Notes: generated from the letters alone by a model not told the origin. DNA of 56,536 nucleotides from Candidatus Moraniibacteriota bacterium (GCA_037441965.1 JBBIRD010000005.1:1-56536), one strand, 5' to 3'; counted from the stretch's first letter, positions 9,014-17,029 are shown. Made by a program: numbers and translations.

Positions 9014-10169
9014 TTAGATTAACAAGATCTTCAGGCGCCCCGTAATTCAAAATTCCAACATTTAATCCAGTTACTGGCTTTAATAAATTATCGCCAATCA
9101 ATTCATATGGAATACCGGCTGCAAAAGCTATCTCCAACTCTACTGTCATTATCGAATTAAAATCATCTCTATTTATAACAAAATATTCTTCATATTTTTT
9201 CATCTCCTCAATTAATTTATCGAAGTTCAACAAAAAGTTATTTTCAAAACAAAAATTTAAAGTGTAAAGAATTGCATACCTTCTATTTCTTATAATATGA
9301 GCACATTCCATGGTTTTTTGACGAGAACTTTTTTGACCATTTTCCCTTAGCGCCTTTATATCTTTAGTTAAATTTTTATAATCAAATGGCTTTCTTGTTG
9401 AAAAATTACCTGAAAATATTTTTGGTATATTAATTTTTGCATATTTCTGTTCATTTCTTGTTGAATTATTAGTAATATAAGAATCTGTATCAAGATGTGA
9501 ACTATTGAAATTAACTGATTCTTTTAATGATTCTGGGACAATAAAACCCACAGTAGAAAACCAAGCAAGGATACACGATTTCGTTCTCGTGTTTGAATCA
9601 TTTTGAGATCCGCTTGATATTAATATCTGTTCGCTATTGGCAATAACAAACTCCCTAGGCGTTGGATATCCAACAGATATTTTTTTTGCATTAAAGCTGT
9701 CATTGCACTTATTTATTTGAAAAAGCATTCCAACCGCCAAACCATAATTGCACACAGCCTCTCTAGCTATTTCAAGCCACTCATTAGATTCAAATTCTGA
9801 ATTAGCAAATTTAATACCAAACTCAGTAACTCTAAATTTACGCTCTTTTCTATCTATAAGCCCAAGAGCATCTAGTGAATTCATTGAGTTGCTTATCTCC
9901 TTTTTCTTAGTAGAGTCTTCTAGCACACCCCTTGTTAAATAACAGCCAGCTAGACTTAATGGATTTTGCAAAAAAGGACAGTACCTTATATTAAGATTTT
10001 TATCATTTTTTAATAATTTGCAAAAATGATGAATATTTTTCTCCCCACTATCAAATAAAAGATCACCCATTGTAAACTCATTTGTACCAAATTTAGAATA
10101 AGCCAATTTCAATAAATAATACAAGCATCTCAATCTTGCAGGTGGCGTTCTGTTTATCAAATAAGACAT
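8970..10169 (-). CDS. hypothetical protein (399 aa), possible DNA-recognition subunit
   Basis: Operon context, with overlaps at both ends. By memory only, it weakly resembles the N-terminal recognition region of AlwI/BstNBI-family Type IIS enzymes (NRTPPARL; LGLIDRKERKFRVTEFG). Confidence 0.55.
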   Translation of the reverse strand: MSYLINRTPPARLRCLYYLLKLAYSKFGTNEFTMGDLLFDSGEKNIHHFCKLLKNDKNLNIRYCPFLQNPLSLAGCYLTRGVLEDSTKKKEISNSMNSLDALGLIDRKERKFRVTEFGIKFANSEFESNEWLEIAREAVCNYGLAVGMLFQINKCNDSFNAKKISVGYPTPREFVIANSEQILISSGSQNDSNTRTKSCILAWFSTVGFIVPESLKESVNFNSSHLDTDSYITNNSTRNEQKYAKINIPKIFSGNFSTRKPFDYKNLTKDIKALRENGQKSSRQKTMECAHIIRNRRYAILYTLNFCFENNFLLNFDKLIEEMKKYEEYFVINRDDFNSIMTVELEIAFAAGIPYELIGDNLLKPVTGLNVGILNYGAPEDLVNLIDKSIKKNVYELSL

Positions 10170-10651
10170 ATATCAAAATAATTCTTATCTTTATTCAAGA
10201 TATCCCGAATAGAAAATAAGATGAATTTATTTTTTAGTATTTTATTTACTTCTTCAAATAAAAATTTAGTCTTCTCCTTTTCATCAACAAGAATACAACC
10301 GATTATACTTTTTGATGGGAAAACTTTTTTCATTTCACTAATAATAGTATCTAACTTGATTATTTCTTTATCTATCTTTGAATCATTCTTAATTGTTTTT
10401 ATAAGAAATAAATTATTTTTATAATAAAAAGCTATTTCAATCTTTGCGCTCCTGAAGCCATAACTAAATTTAGCATTTACAACTACTGGTACATTTAACA
10501 TCTCCTTAATTATTCCAGCAGAATAAATAATAAAATTATTTTTATTATTAAAATCCAATATTAAATAATCCCTATTAACTCCATTTGGGACATCTAGAAG
10601 AATGCTATCTATGTCAGCATTCATCATGATATTTGTTTTAAAATTATTCAT
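10157..10651 (-). CDS. hypothetical protein (164 aa), island gene
   Basis: ORF overlaps the methyltransferase stop by 8 nt and the next gene's start by 13 nt; no motif recognised; ends in TGA. Confidence 0.55.
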   Translation of the reverse strand: MNNFKTNIMMNADIDSILLDVPNGVNRDYLILDFNNKNNFIIYSAGIIKEMLNVPVVVNAKFSYGFRSAKIEIAFYYKNNLFLIKTIKNDSKIDKEIIKLDTIISEMKKVFPSKSIIGCILVDEKEKTKFLFEEVNKILKNKFILFSIRDILNKDKNYFDICLI

Positions 10652-11453
10652 TTTTTTTCAATTTCTTTTTTATTAACTCGAGATATTCATCATTTAGCTC
10701 ATAGACAACAGCCCTTCTTCCTAATTCAATAGCAACCTTAGCAGTTGTTCCAGTTCCTGCAAATGGATCCAATACCATATCCCCATGAAAACTAAACAAC
10801 CTTATTAACCTCTTTGGCAATTCTTCTGGAAATGGAGCTGGATGTTTTTCCGATTTTGCTTTAGCTGGTTGCATCTCCCAAATTGAGTTTATAGCCCATT
10901 CACTCCATTCCTTATGTGTTAATTTTGATTTTTCTTTAATTTCCTTACTAACTGGAAGTCTTTTTCCCTTTTTAGCAAAAACAGTGATCCATTCATATGG
11001 ATAAGTAGAAAACATATTTGTAGGAAATGGATAACTACCAAAAGAACTAAACCTAACAATTTTTCTCTTATCCCAAATAAATAAAGCAAATTGATACATT
11101 TCCTTCGTACTTTCCATGAATTTTTCTATATCCCCTAAAACTAATTTAGTTTCCCTCCTATCAAATCTAGCGGCTTTACCAGTAAGTAAGAACGGCATTA
11201 TATTTATACAAATCTTTCCATCTGGAGCTAAGACTCTTATACATTCACTCCAAACCTTATTCAACTCATCAATATAGTGTTCATAAGATGAACTTCCTTT
11301 TCCAATTTGCTTTCCATTATTATAATCTTTCAATGTCCAATATGGTGGACTTGTTATTATAAGATTAACACTGCCATCAGGAAGTTCTGACATTTTTTTT
11401 GCATCTTTTATATATATATCAGTTTCGCCTACTTTATAATGATTTTTTTTCAT
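10644..11453 (-). CDS. DNA methyltransferase, N4-C/N6-A family, beta-type motif order
   Basis: Motif IV IITSPPYW near the N-terminus and motif I LDPFAGTGTT near the C-terminus (N6_N4_Mtase-type architecture). Confidence 0.9.
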   Translation of the reverse strand: MKKNHYKVGETDIYIKDAKKMSELPDGSVNLIITSPPYWTLKDYNNGKQIGKGSSSYEHYIDELNKVWSECIRVLAPDGKICINIMPFLLTGKAARFDRRETKLVLGDIEKFMESTKEMYQFALFIWDKRKIVRFSSFGSYPFPTNMFSTYPYEWITVFAKKGKRLPVSKEIKEKSKLTHKEWSEWAINSIWEMQPAKAKSEKHPAPFPEELPKRLIRLFSFHGDMVLDPFAGTGTTAKVAIELGRRAVVYELNDEYLELIKKKLKKNE

Positions 11454-11455
11454 CG

Positions 11456-12529
11456 TTATTTATTCCAAATAATTATTTGTTCTTTCCTATCTGTACTGTT
11501 TAATTTATCAAAAACCTGCGAACTACTTCCAGCGTAACTTCTCTCAATAACTTTGCATTTTTCAAAAGGAGAAATTTCTTTAAAAAATTCTGCACCATTT
11601 ACCACCTTTCCATGAATTTTTTTGTCACCAACCACAAAAATTATAGTTGATCCCTTCTTGCAAACCTTATAAAGCTCTTTCAAAACTATTCTCATATCTT
11701 CCTTATAGGTACTGATATTTTGAATAAGTGTTTGCTTAATTTCAAGCCTATCAGATCTTAATATGGAGTATATTATTTTTCCATAATAAGAAGTATAATC
11801 TAAACAATCAAAGTATGGTGGGCTAGTAAATACATAATCAACACTATTTGGTTTAATTTTTTTTGATAATTTTCGCGAATCATACAAGAATATTTTGCTC
11901 CCATTCTCATCCGTTGGATGAAAATGTTTCTTCACTTTCTGCAAAAATTTTTCATAAAAATCAACTCTCTGCTTTGGGTTCATGTCCTTTCCAACAGAAC
12001 TTGAAGTCCATTTATACCAATTACAAGCACGTGCCGTTAGTGCTATTGCTCCATAAAAAGAAGCTCTCAGATAGTCAGACATTTCATCTGAAAATGCAGA
12101 AATTCTCATGATTTCTTCAGAAGTTGAACTATGAAAATGCTTTGATGCCTCCAATGGCATTTTATTCACTTTTTTTATTAACTTAGCTTTTTCAATTATC
12201 CTTTTAGCCTCTTCAATTACATCATCCTTTTTGGCTAAATATATTTTTCCTCTTGCAATATCTATTGCCAAAGGATTCAAATCAACTCCAATAGCCTTTA
12301 GCCCATACTTTTGAGCCTCATAAACTATAGTTCCTGATCCACAAAAAGGATCGAGTAATACGCTTTTCTTTGGAATTTGTTTTATTACTTGTTCTGCATC
12401 AATAGCTGATATTTTTCCCCTATACGGATATATCCCATGTATTGAATTTGGGTTATTAACGTTTTTTAACAATTTAAATTTTAAAGTATTTGTTTTTTTA
12501 TTCATATATAAAAATAGGCTTGGTGTCAT
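11456..12529 (-). CDS. DNA methyltransferase, N4-C/N6-A family, motif I before motif IV
   Basis: LDPFCGSGT (AdoMet motif I) near residue 60 and FTSPPYFD (motif IV) near residue 235. Confidence 0.85.
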   Translation of the reverse strand: MTPSLFLYMNKKTNTLKFKLLKNVNNPNSIHGIYPYRGKISAIDAEQVIKQIPKKSVLLDPFCGSGTIVYEAQKYGLKAIGVDLNPLAIDIARGKIYLAKKDDVIEEAKRIIEKAKLIKKVNKMPLEASKHFHSSTSEEIMRISAFSDEMSDYLRASFYGAIALTARACNWYKWTSSSVGKDMNPKQRVDFYEKFLQKVKKHFHPTDENGSKIFLYDSRKLSKKIKPNSVDYVFTSPPYFDCLDYTSYYGKIIYSILRSDRLEIKQTLIQNISTYKEDMRIVLKELYKVCKKGSTIIFVVGDKKIHGKVVNGAEFFKEISPFEKCKVIERSYAGSSSQVFDKLNSTDRKEQIIIWNK

Positions 12530-12690
12530 TTTTAAATTAAAGGATTTTTACATCAAACCATCACCTTACTAATTAGGCGTTTTTTGGCTTATTGTAAAGT
12601 TTTGTACACCCTAATATTATCATTAAGTCAACAAAAACTCAAGGATTTGACTAAATTGCCTATGCGACAGTAGATATAGCCAATTTCAGA

Positions 12691-13020
12691 CTACTCAACC
12701 ATCAGCAATAAAGACAAAGAATCTCTAACTTTATCATTATTACCACCCAAACTCCACTGTTTGACTTGATCAAGCGGACAATAACTCTTATAGTCATAAA
12801 TCGTAAATATCATATCCCTCTTGCCACCAATCAAGAATGCTCGTTCAGCTCTCATTTCTCCATCAACCGAATGTCATATTCCCTCTTTAGTACAATCGTT
12901 CGGTTCACCAAACAACATCTTCAATTCTTCGAAACTTGCATGAACAGTGCCAATCCTACTTGATCCAATAGTAGTCTTGTGAGTCGCAAGTTTCAGTATT
13001 GACCTGTTAAGATCGGAAGC
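12691..13020 (-). pseudogene. decayed small ORF with an in-frame TGA and no ATG start
   Basis: Minus frame reads ...IGTVHASFEELKMLFGEPNDCTKEGI-TGA-HSVDGEMRAERAFLIGGKRDMIFTIYDYKSYCPLDQVKQWSLGGNNDKV...; the in-frame TGA is at 12874-12876; the frame is bounded by TAG at 13021-13023 and stops at 12691-12693. Confidence 0.4.
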
Positions 13021-13172
13021 CTAATTATTTTTAAGAGAACAGCCGGAGAGGTACTCAAGCCCTAGACTTTTTCCCTCTCACAATTAGCCGAATAAACGGC
13101 TGCGGTTGCTGTCCGAAACCAAGCGTATGCCACAGGTGAACTCACAACACCGACATTCTTCAGCTCAAAAAT

Positions 13173-13202
13173 AAAAGCACCCATTCATTATAGGTGCTTT
13201 TT
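13173..13202 (-). terminator. intrinsic terminator after rpsI (bidirectional shape)
   Basis: AAAAGCACC-(11 nt)-GGTGCTTTT, followed on the minus strand by TTTTATTTTTG. Confidence 0.7.
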
Positions 13203-13244
13203 CACTTTTATAAGCCTTTTTTGAAGGTCGGCGGAGGCGTAATT

Positions 13245-13763
13245 CTAGCGCTTCGCCCATTGTGGTGAACGACGAGCTTTCTTCAATCCTGGTTTTTTGC
13301 GTTCCACTGCACGAGCATCACGAGTAAGCATTCCTGCTGATTTAAGCACGGCACGAAGAAGTGCATCATGCTTTATGAGTGAACGAGCGATACCGAGTTT
13401 GATGGCATCTGCTTGACCGTGGAGACCTCCACCACGAACGATGATAGATATTGCAAAATTTGATTCTAGTCCAACAAGTTTGAGCGGGGAAAGTGCTATC
13501 AATTCGAGAGATTCCGTACCAAAATATTCACGAATAGCCTTCTTATTTACTAAAACATCTTTACTCTCTGTTTCTTTACTTGGATACAGACGCACCTGAG
13601 CAATAGCTGTTTTACGACGCCCTACAGCATAAACATATTCTTTTGAAGCGCTTTTAACAAGAGGGGTCTTAGGAGATTTTGAAACCTTTTTCACAACTGG
13701 TTTCTTCACCTCTTTTTTTACCGCTTTCACTTCTTCTTTTTTCGTTGTTACTTTCGTTGCCAT
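13245..13763 (-). CDS. rpsI: 30S ribosomal protein S9 with a Lys-rich N-terminal extension
   Basis: GGGLHGQADAIKLGIARSL ... KKARRSPQWAKR C-terminus; about 40 extra K/V-rich residues at the N-terminus. Confidence 0.95.
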   Translation of the reverse strand: MATKVTTKKEEVKAVKKEVKKPVVKKVSKSPKTPLVKSASKEYVYAVGRRKTAIAQVRLYPSKETESKDVLVNKKAIREYFGTESLELIALSPLKLVGLESNFAISIIVRGGGLHGQADAIKLGIARSLIKHDALLRAVLKSAGMLTRDARAVERKKPGLKKARRSPQWAKR

Positions 13764-13769
13764 AATTAT

Positions 13770-14186
13770 TTATTCGTGAGTCACATGGATGATTGTTTCT
13801 TCATGAGCATTGCCTTTATTAAGATGCAATCTTGGAAGCATTTTTCCACGAAGAGCATTCTTTGGCAACATATTATATACTGATTGCCATACTATCTTAC
13901 GAGAATCTTTCTTCATTTGATCTTCAAAATTAATAGAAGTAATACCTCCTGGATACCCACTGAAACGATGATACATTTTTTTACTTGGTTTACTTCCTGT
14001 CACAATCACTTCATCGGTATTGATAACAACAACAAAATCTCCTCCATCAATATGAGGAGCATAACCAACTTTATTCTTCCCCATAAGCAAACAAGCAATT
14101 TCAGTCGACAAACGACCTAAAACTTTACCTTTTGCATCAAAGAGGTGATATTTACGATCGATCATTGTTCTTTTATTCTGTGCCAT
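13770..14186 (-). CDS. rplM: 50S ribosomal protein L13
   Basis: 138 aa, WHLFDAKGKVLGRLST-type N-terminus, immediately upstream of rpsI. Confidence 0.95.
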   Translation of the reverse strand: MAQNKRTMIDRKYHLFDAKGKVLGRLSTEIACLLMGKNKVGYAPHIDGGDFVVVINTDEVIVTGSKPSKKMYHRFSGYPGGITSINFEDQMKKDSRKIVWQSVYNMLPKNALRGKMLPRLHLNKGNAHEETIIHVTHE

Positions 14187-14194
14187 AGTTTCGT

Positions 14195-14560
14195 TTATAC
14201 AAACTCAATAATTGCCATTTTTGCTGAATCACTCTTGCGTGGATCTAATTTTACAATACGCGTATATCCACTCACACGACCTTCAAAACGAGATCCGAAA
14301 TCGCTTAAAAGTTTCTTCGATGCTATTGCAGGAATTAAACCTTGAAGTTCACGGACGATAGCCACTCTTCTTGTGCTATCATTCCTTCCTACTTTTGATT
14401 TATTGACTATTTGATCAATAAAATTTTTAATCTCTTTTGCTTTTGCCTCAGTCGTTGTAATGCGCTCATGCATAATAAGACTGCCTAAAAGTGTCTTAAT
14501 AAGTGCTCTGCGTTGATCTCGTCCTCTACTGAGAACTCTTCCTGAATGTCTATGTTTCAT
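14195..14560 (-). CDS. rplQ: 50S ribosomal protein L17
   Basis: MKHRHSGRVLSRGRDQRRALIKTL... typical L17; follows rpoA. Confidence 0.95.
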   Translation of the reverse strand: MKHRHSGRVLSRGRDQRRALIKTLLGSLIMHERITTTEAKAKEIKNFIDQIVNKSKVGRNDSTRRVAIVRELQGLIPAIASKKLLSDFGSRFEGRVSGYTRIVKLDPRKSDSAKMAIIEFV

Positions 14561-14582
14561 ATACTCGCTTTATTCGGTAGTA

Positions 14583-15383
14583 TTATGCCTCTTCTTTTAC
14601 TTCTTTCTTCTTTGTAACTTTTTTTGGCTTCTTCTCTTTCTCTTCCTTTTTTTCTTCAACTTCCACTTCTTTCACTTTCGACTTTTCTATCAGACCACCT
14701 TCGATTTCTGTCAGTGAAGAGAATTGAGAAACAAGAATAGCAACACTCTTTTCAAAAGCCTCTACTGGAGACATACTACCATCAGTAATAATTTCAATCG
14801 TTACTTTATCATAATCTGTTCGTTTACCAACACGCATATTTTCGATCTCATAATTTACTCGCTTCACAGGAGTATACACAGAATCAACCATCATAACACC
14901 GATTTCACGATCTTCGTTTTCACGACTCTCTGATGGAATATAACCAATACCTTTATCGACTTCGATTTCCATTTCGAACTCAACTTTCTTATCAGTAATC
15001 GTTGCAATAATCTGATCACCATTAACAATTTCTACATTTGAATGATGTGAAAACTGTGATGCAGTAATGACTCCTTCCCCTTTACTCTTCAGGGTAAGTT
15101 TGACAGCATCATCTCCAAATAAACGAAAACGAACTTGTTTCAAATTCAAAATAATTTGCACAATATCTTCCATTACCCCTGATAGTGTAGAAAATTCATG
15201 TGAAACACCTTTGATTTTCACTGATTTAGCAGCAGCGCCTTCCAAAGAAGAAAGGAGAACGCGTCTCAAAGCATTTCCCAAAGTTGTACCATAACCAGGG
15301 TAACATCCTAAGATTTCTATCTTGCCATGATTATCTGCAAGAGCAGTATATTTTGGCTTTTGTGGAGAAGTGATGATCTGCAT
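14583..15383 (-). CDS. rpoA: RNA polymerase alpha subunit, N-terminal domain only, with a Lys/Glu-rich tail
   Basis: 266 aa. GNALRRVLLSS and the rest of the alpha-NTD are present. After about residue 232 only KEVEVEEKKEEKEKKPKKVTKKKEVKEEA follows, with no helix-hairpin-helix CTD. Confidence 0.9.
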   Translation of the reverse strand: MQIITSPQKPKYTALADNHGKIEILGCYPGYGTTLGNALRRVLLSSLEGAAAKSVKIKGVSHEFSTLSGVMEDIVQIILNLKQVRFRLFGDDAVKLTLKSKGEGVITASQFSHHSNVEIVNGDQIIATITDKKVEFEMEIEVDKGIGYIPSESRENEDREIGVMMVDSVYTPVKRVNYEIENMRVGKRTDYDKVTIEIITDGSMSPVEAFEKSVAILVSQFSSLTEIEGGLIEKSKVKEVEVEEKKEEKEKKPKKVTKKKEVKEEA

Positions 15384-15470
15384 ACTGTGTGCGAGTTTCG
15401 AATGAACTGTCGGACCTATTGACTATGGACCGTTCACCGGAAACATTTACTGTTTAAAAAAATTAATAAA

Positions 15471-16103
15471 TTATTTTGAATAATATTCAACCACCATTTG
15501 CGCATCGACGCGTACTCCAACATCTTCATGAGTTGGCATCGAAAGAACCTTTCCTGTTTGATTTTGAGCATCGAGTGAAAGCCAATGCGGAACATCTTTC
15601 TTTGCCTTGAGACTTTCTTCTTGATTTTTGAAAAATACTTTAGATTTCTTGTTTGTTTTCAAAGTAATGGTATCTCCGACATTGATTTCATACGAAGCAA
15701 TATTCATACGAACACCATTCACTAAGAACATTTTATGACTCACTAATTGCTTCGCTTGAGCGCGAGAATAAGCAAAACCAAGACGATATACCACATTATC
15801 TAAACGACGCTCCAAACGAGAAAGAAGCTGATCACCGGTAATTCCAGGTACATTACGAACTTCATCAAAATGATGGCGAAACTGTCTTTCCATTACACCG
15901 TACAGACGCTTGATTTTCTGCTTCATAGCAAGTTGTCGTCCAAATTCACTTCCTCCGCGAGAAGGATTGTGCCCATGGACACCAGGAGCATATGGACGAC
16001 GAACCATAGCGCATTTTGGTGACATACAACGATCTCCTTTCAGAAAAAGTTTTTCACCAGCACGGCGACAGAGTTTACATTTAGAATCAATATTGTTTGG
16101 CAT
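15471..16103 (-). CDS. rpsD: 30S ribosomal protein S4
   Basis: CKLCRRAGEKLFLKGDRC zinc-ribbon N-terminus and an S4 RNA-binding domain. Confidence 0.95.
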   Translation of the reverse strand: MPNNIDSKCKLCRRAGEKLFLKGDRCMSPKCAMVRRPYAPGVHGHNPSRGGSEFGRQLAMKQKIKRLYGVMERQFRHHFDEVRNVPGITGDQLLSRLERRLDNVVYRLGFAYSRAQAKQLVSHKMFLVNGVRMNIASYEINVGDTITLKTNKKSKVFFKNQEESLKAKKDVPHWLSLDAQNQTGKVLSMPTHEDVGVRVDAQMVVEYYSK

Positions 16104-16133
16104 AGTATTTCTTAGCTTTATAACGAAGCGTAC

Positions 16134-16574
16134 TTAGATACGACGTGGACGGCGTGGACGACAACCATTGTGAGGGATAGCAGTCAAATCTTTTATACTC
16201 ACAAGATTGAATCCGTTATTTGCAAGTGCGCGAATAGAACCTTCTCGTCCTGATCCTACACCTTTCACAAATACTTCCAATTCCGCAATACCGTATTTTT
16301 TCACTTTTTCCGTAAGATCAGAAACAACCTGAGTTGCAGCATAAGGAGTCGATTTTTTTGCTCCTTTGAATCCAAGATGTCCTGAACTCGACCAACCCAA
16401 AACAGCTCCATTAAGATCAGAGATGGTAATGATAGTGTTATTATAGGTGCACTGAATATTCGCACGACCTTTCAAAATCTGACGCTTTGACTTCTTTACT
16501 TTCTTTGTAGCAATAGTCTCAGAGGAAACTGTTTCCACAGAAGTTTCATTTTCAGTTTTTTTCACTTCTTCCAT
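16134..16574 (-). CDS. rpsK: 30S ribosomal protein S11 (N-terminal extension)
   Basis: GFKGAKKSTPYAAT ... IPHNGCRPRRPRRI. Confidence 0.95.
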   Translation of the reverse strand: MEEVKKTENETSVETVSSETIATKKVKKSKRQILKGRANIQCTYNNTIITISDLNGAVLGWSSSGHLGFKGAKKSTPYAATQVVSDLTEKVKKYGIAELEVFVKGVGSGREGSIRALANNGFNLVSIKDLTAIPHNGCRPRRPRRI

Positions 16575-16615
16575 AATTCATTTTACTCACTTAGTATACG
16601 ATACGCTACGTTTTT

Positions 16616-17005
16616 TTATGTCTTATCGGCAGATTTCTTACGACCACTTCCCATAGTTTTTCTTGTATTCCCTCTTACAGTACGAGTGTTTGTCTTTGTT
16701 CGTTGACCACGAGAAGGGAGTCCTTTAGTATGACGAGTGCCTCTATAGCAACCAATTTCTTTCAAGCGCTTAATGTTTGATTTCACAATATGACGCAATT
16801 CACCTTCAACACGAAACTTTTTTTCGATAACTTCACGAAGACGGTTTGCATCTTCTAAAGCAATATCTTTTGTACGAGTATCAACATCAATAGCAAGCTC
16901 CTTGAGGATATTTTGGCTCGTTGTAAGACCGATCCCATAGATATAGGTCAGTGCAATTTCTATTCTTTTATTATCTGGAAGATTAATTCCGGCAATTCTT
17001 AACAT
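16616..17005 (-). CDS. rpsM: 30S ribosomal protein S13
   Basis: [26 protein letters not shown]... Confidence 0.95.
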   Translation of the reverse strand: MLRIAGINLPDNKRIEIALTYIYGIGLTTSQNILKELAIDVDTRTKDIALEDANRLREVIEKKFRVEGELRHIVKSNIKRLKEIGCYRGTRHTKGLPSRGQRTKTNTRTVRGNTRKTMGSGRKKSADKT

Positions 17006-17029
17006 AGAGTAATTGAAACAGGATATTTA

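Noticed and set aside
12530-12700. Canonical sigma70 promoter for the island operon
   Set aside because: A TACAAT (12596-12591, minus) lacks a -35 at proper spacing. A TTGACT (12631-12626, minus) lacks a -10 at 16-18 nt. Neither was good enough to annotate.
13024-13172. SRP RNA, RNase P RNA, tmRNA, tRNA or a group II intron domain V in the GC-rich segment
   Set aside because: A GAGGGAAAAAGTCTAGGGC string on the minus strand vaguely resembles the RNase P GAGGAAAGUCCGGGC. However, it is in the wrong position and order relative to other conserved regions, and the segment is far too short. There is no SRP GGAA-tetraloop helix, no T-loop GTTCGAATC and no domain V pairing.
6016-13240. Integrase, transposase or terminal inverted/direct repeats delimiting the island
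   Set aside because: No ORF shows tyrosine/serine recombinase or DDE motifs. I could not find convincing flanking direct repeats by eye, so the mobility mechanism remains unknown.
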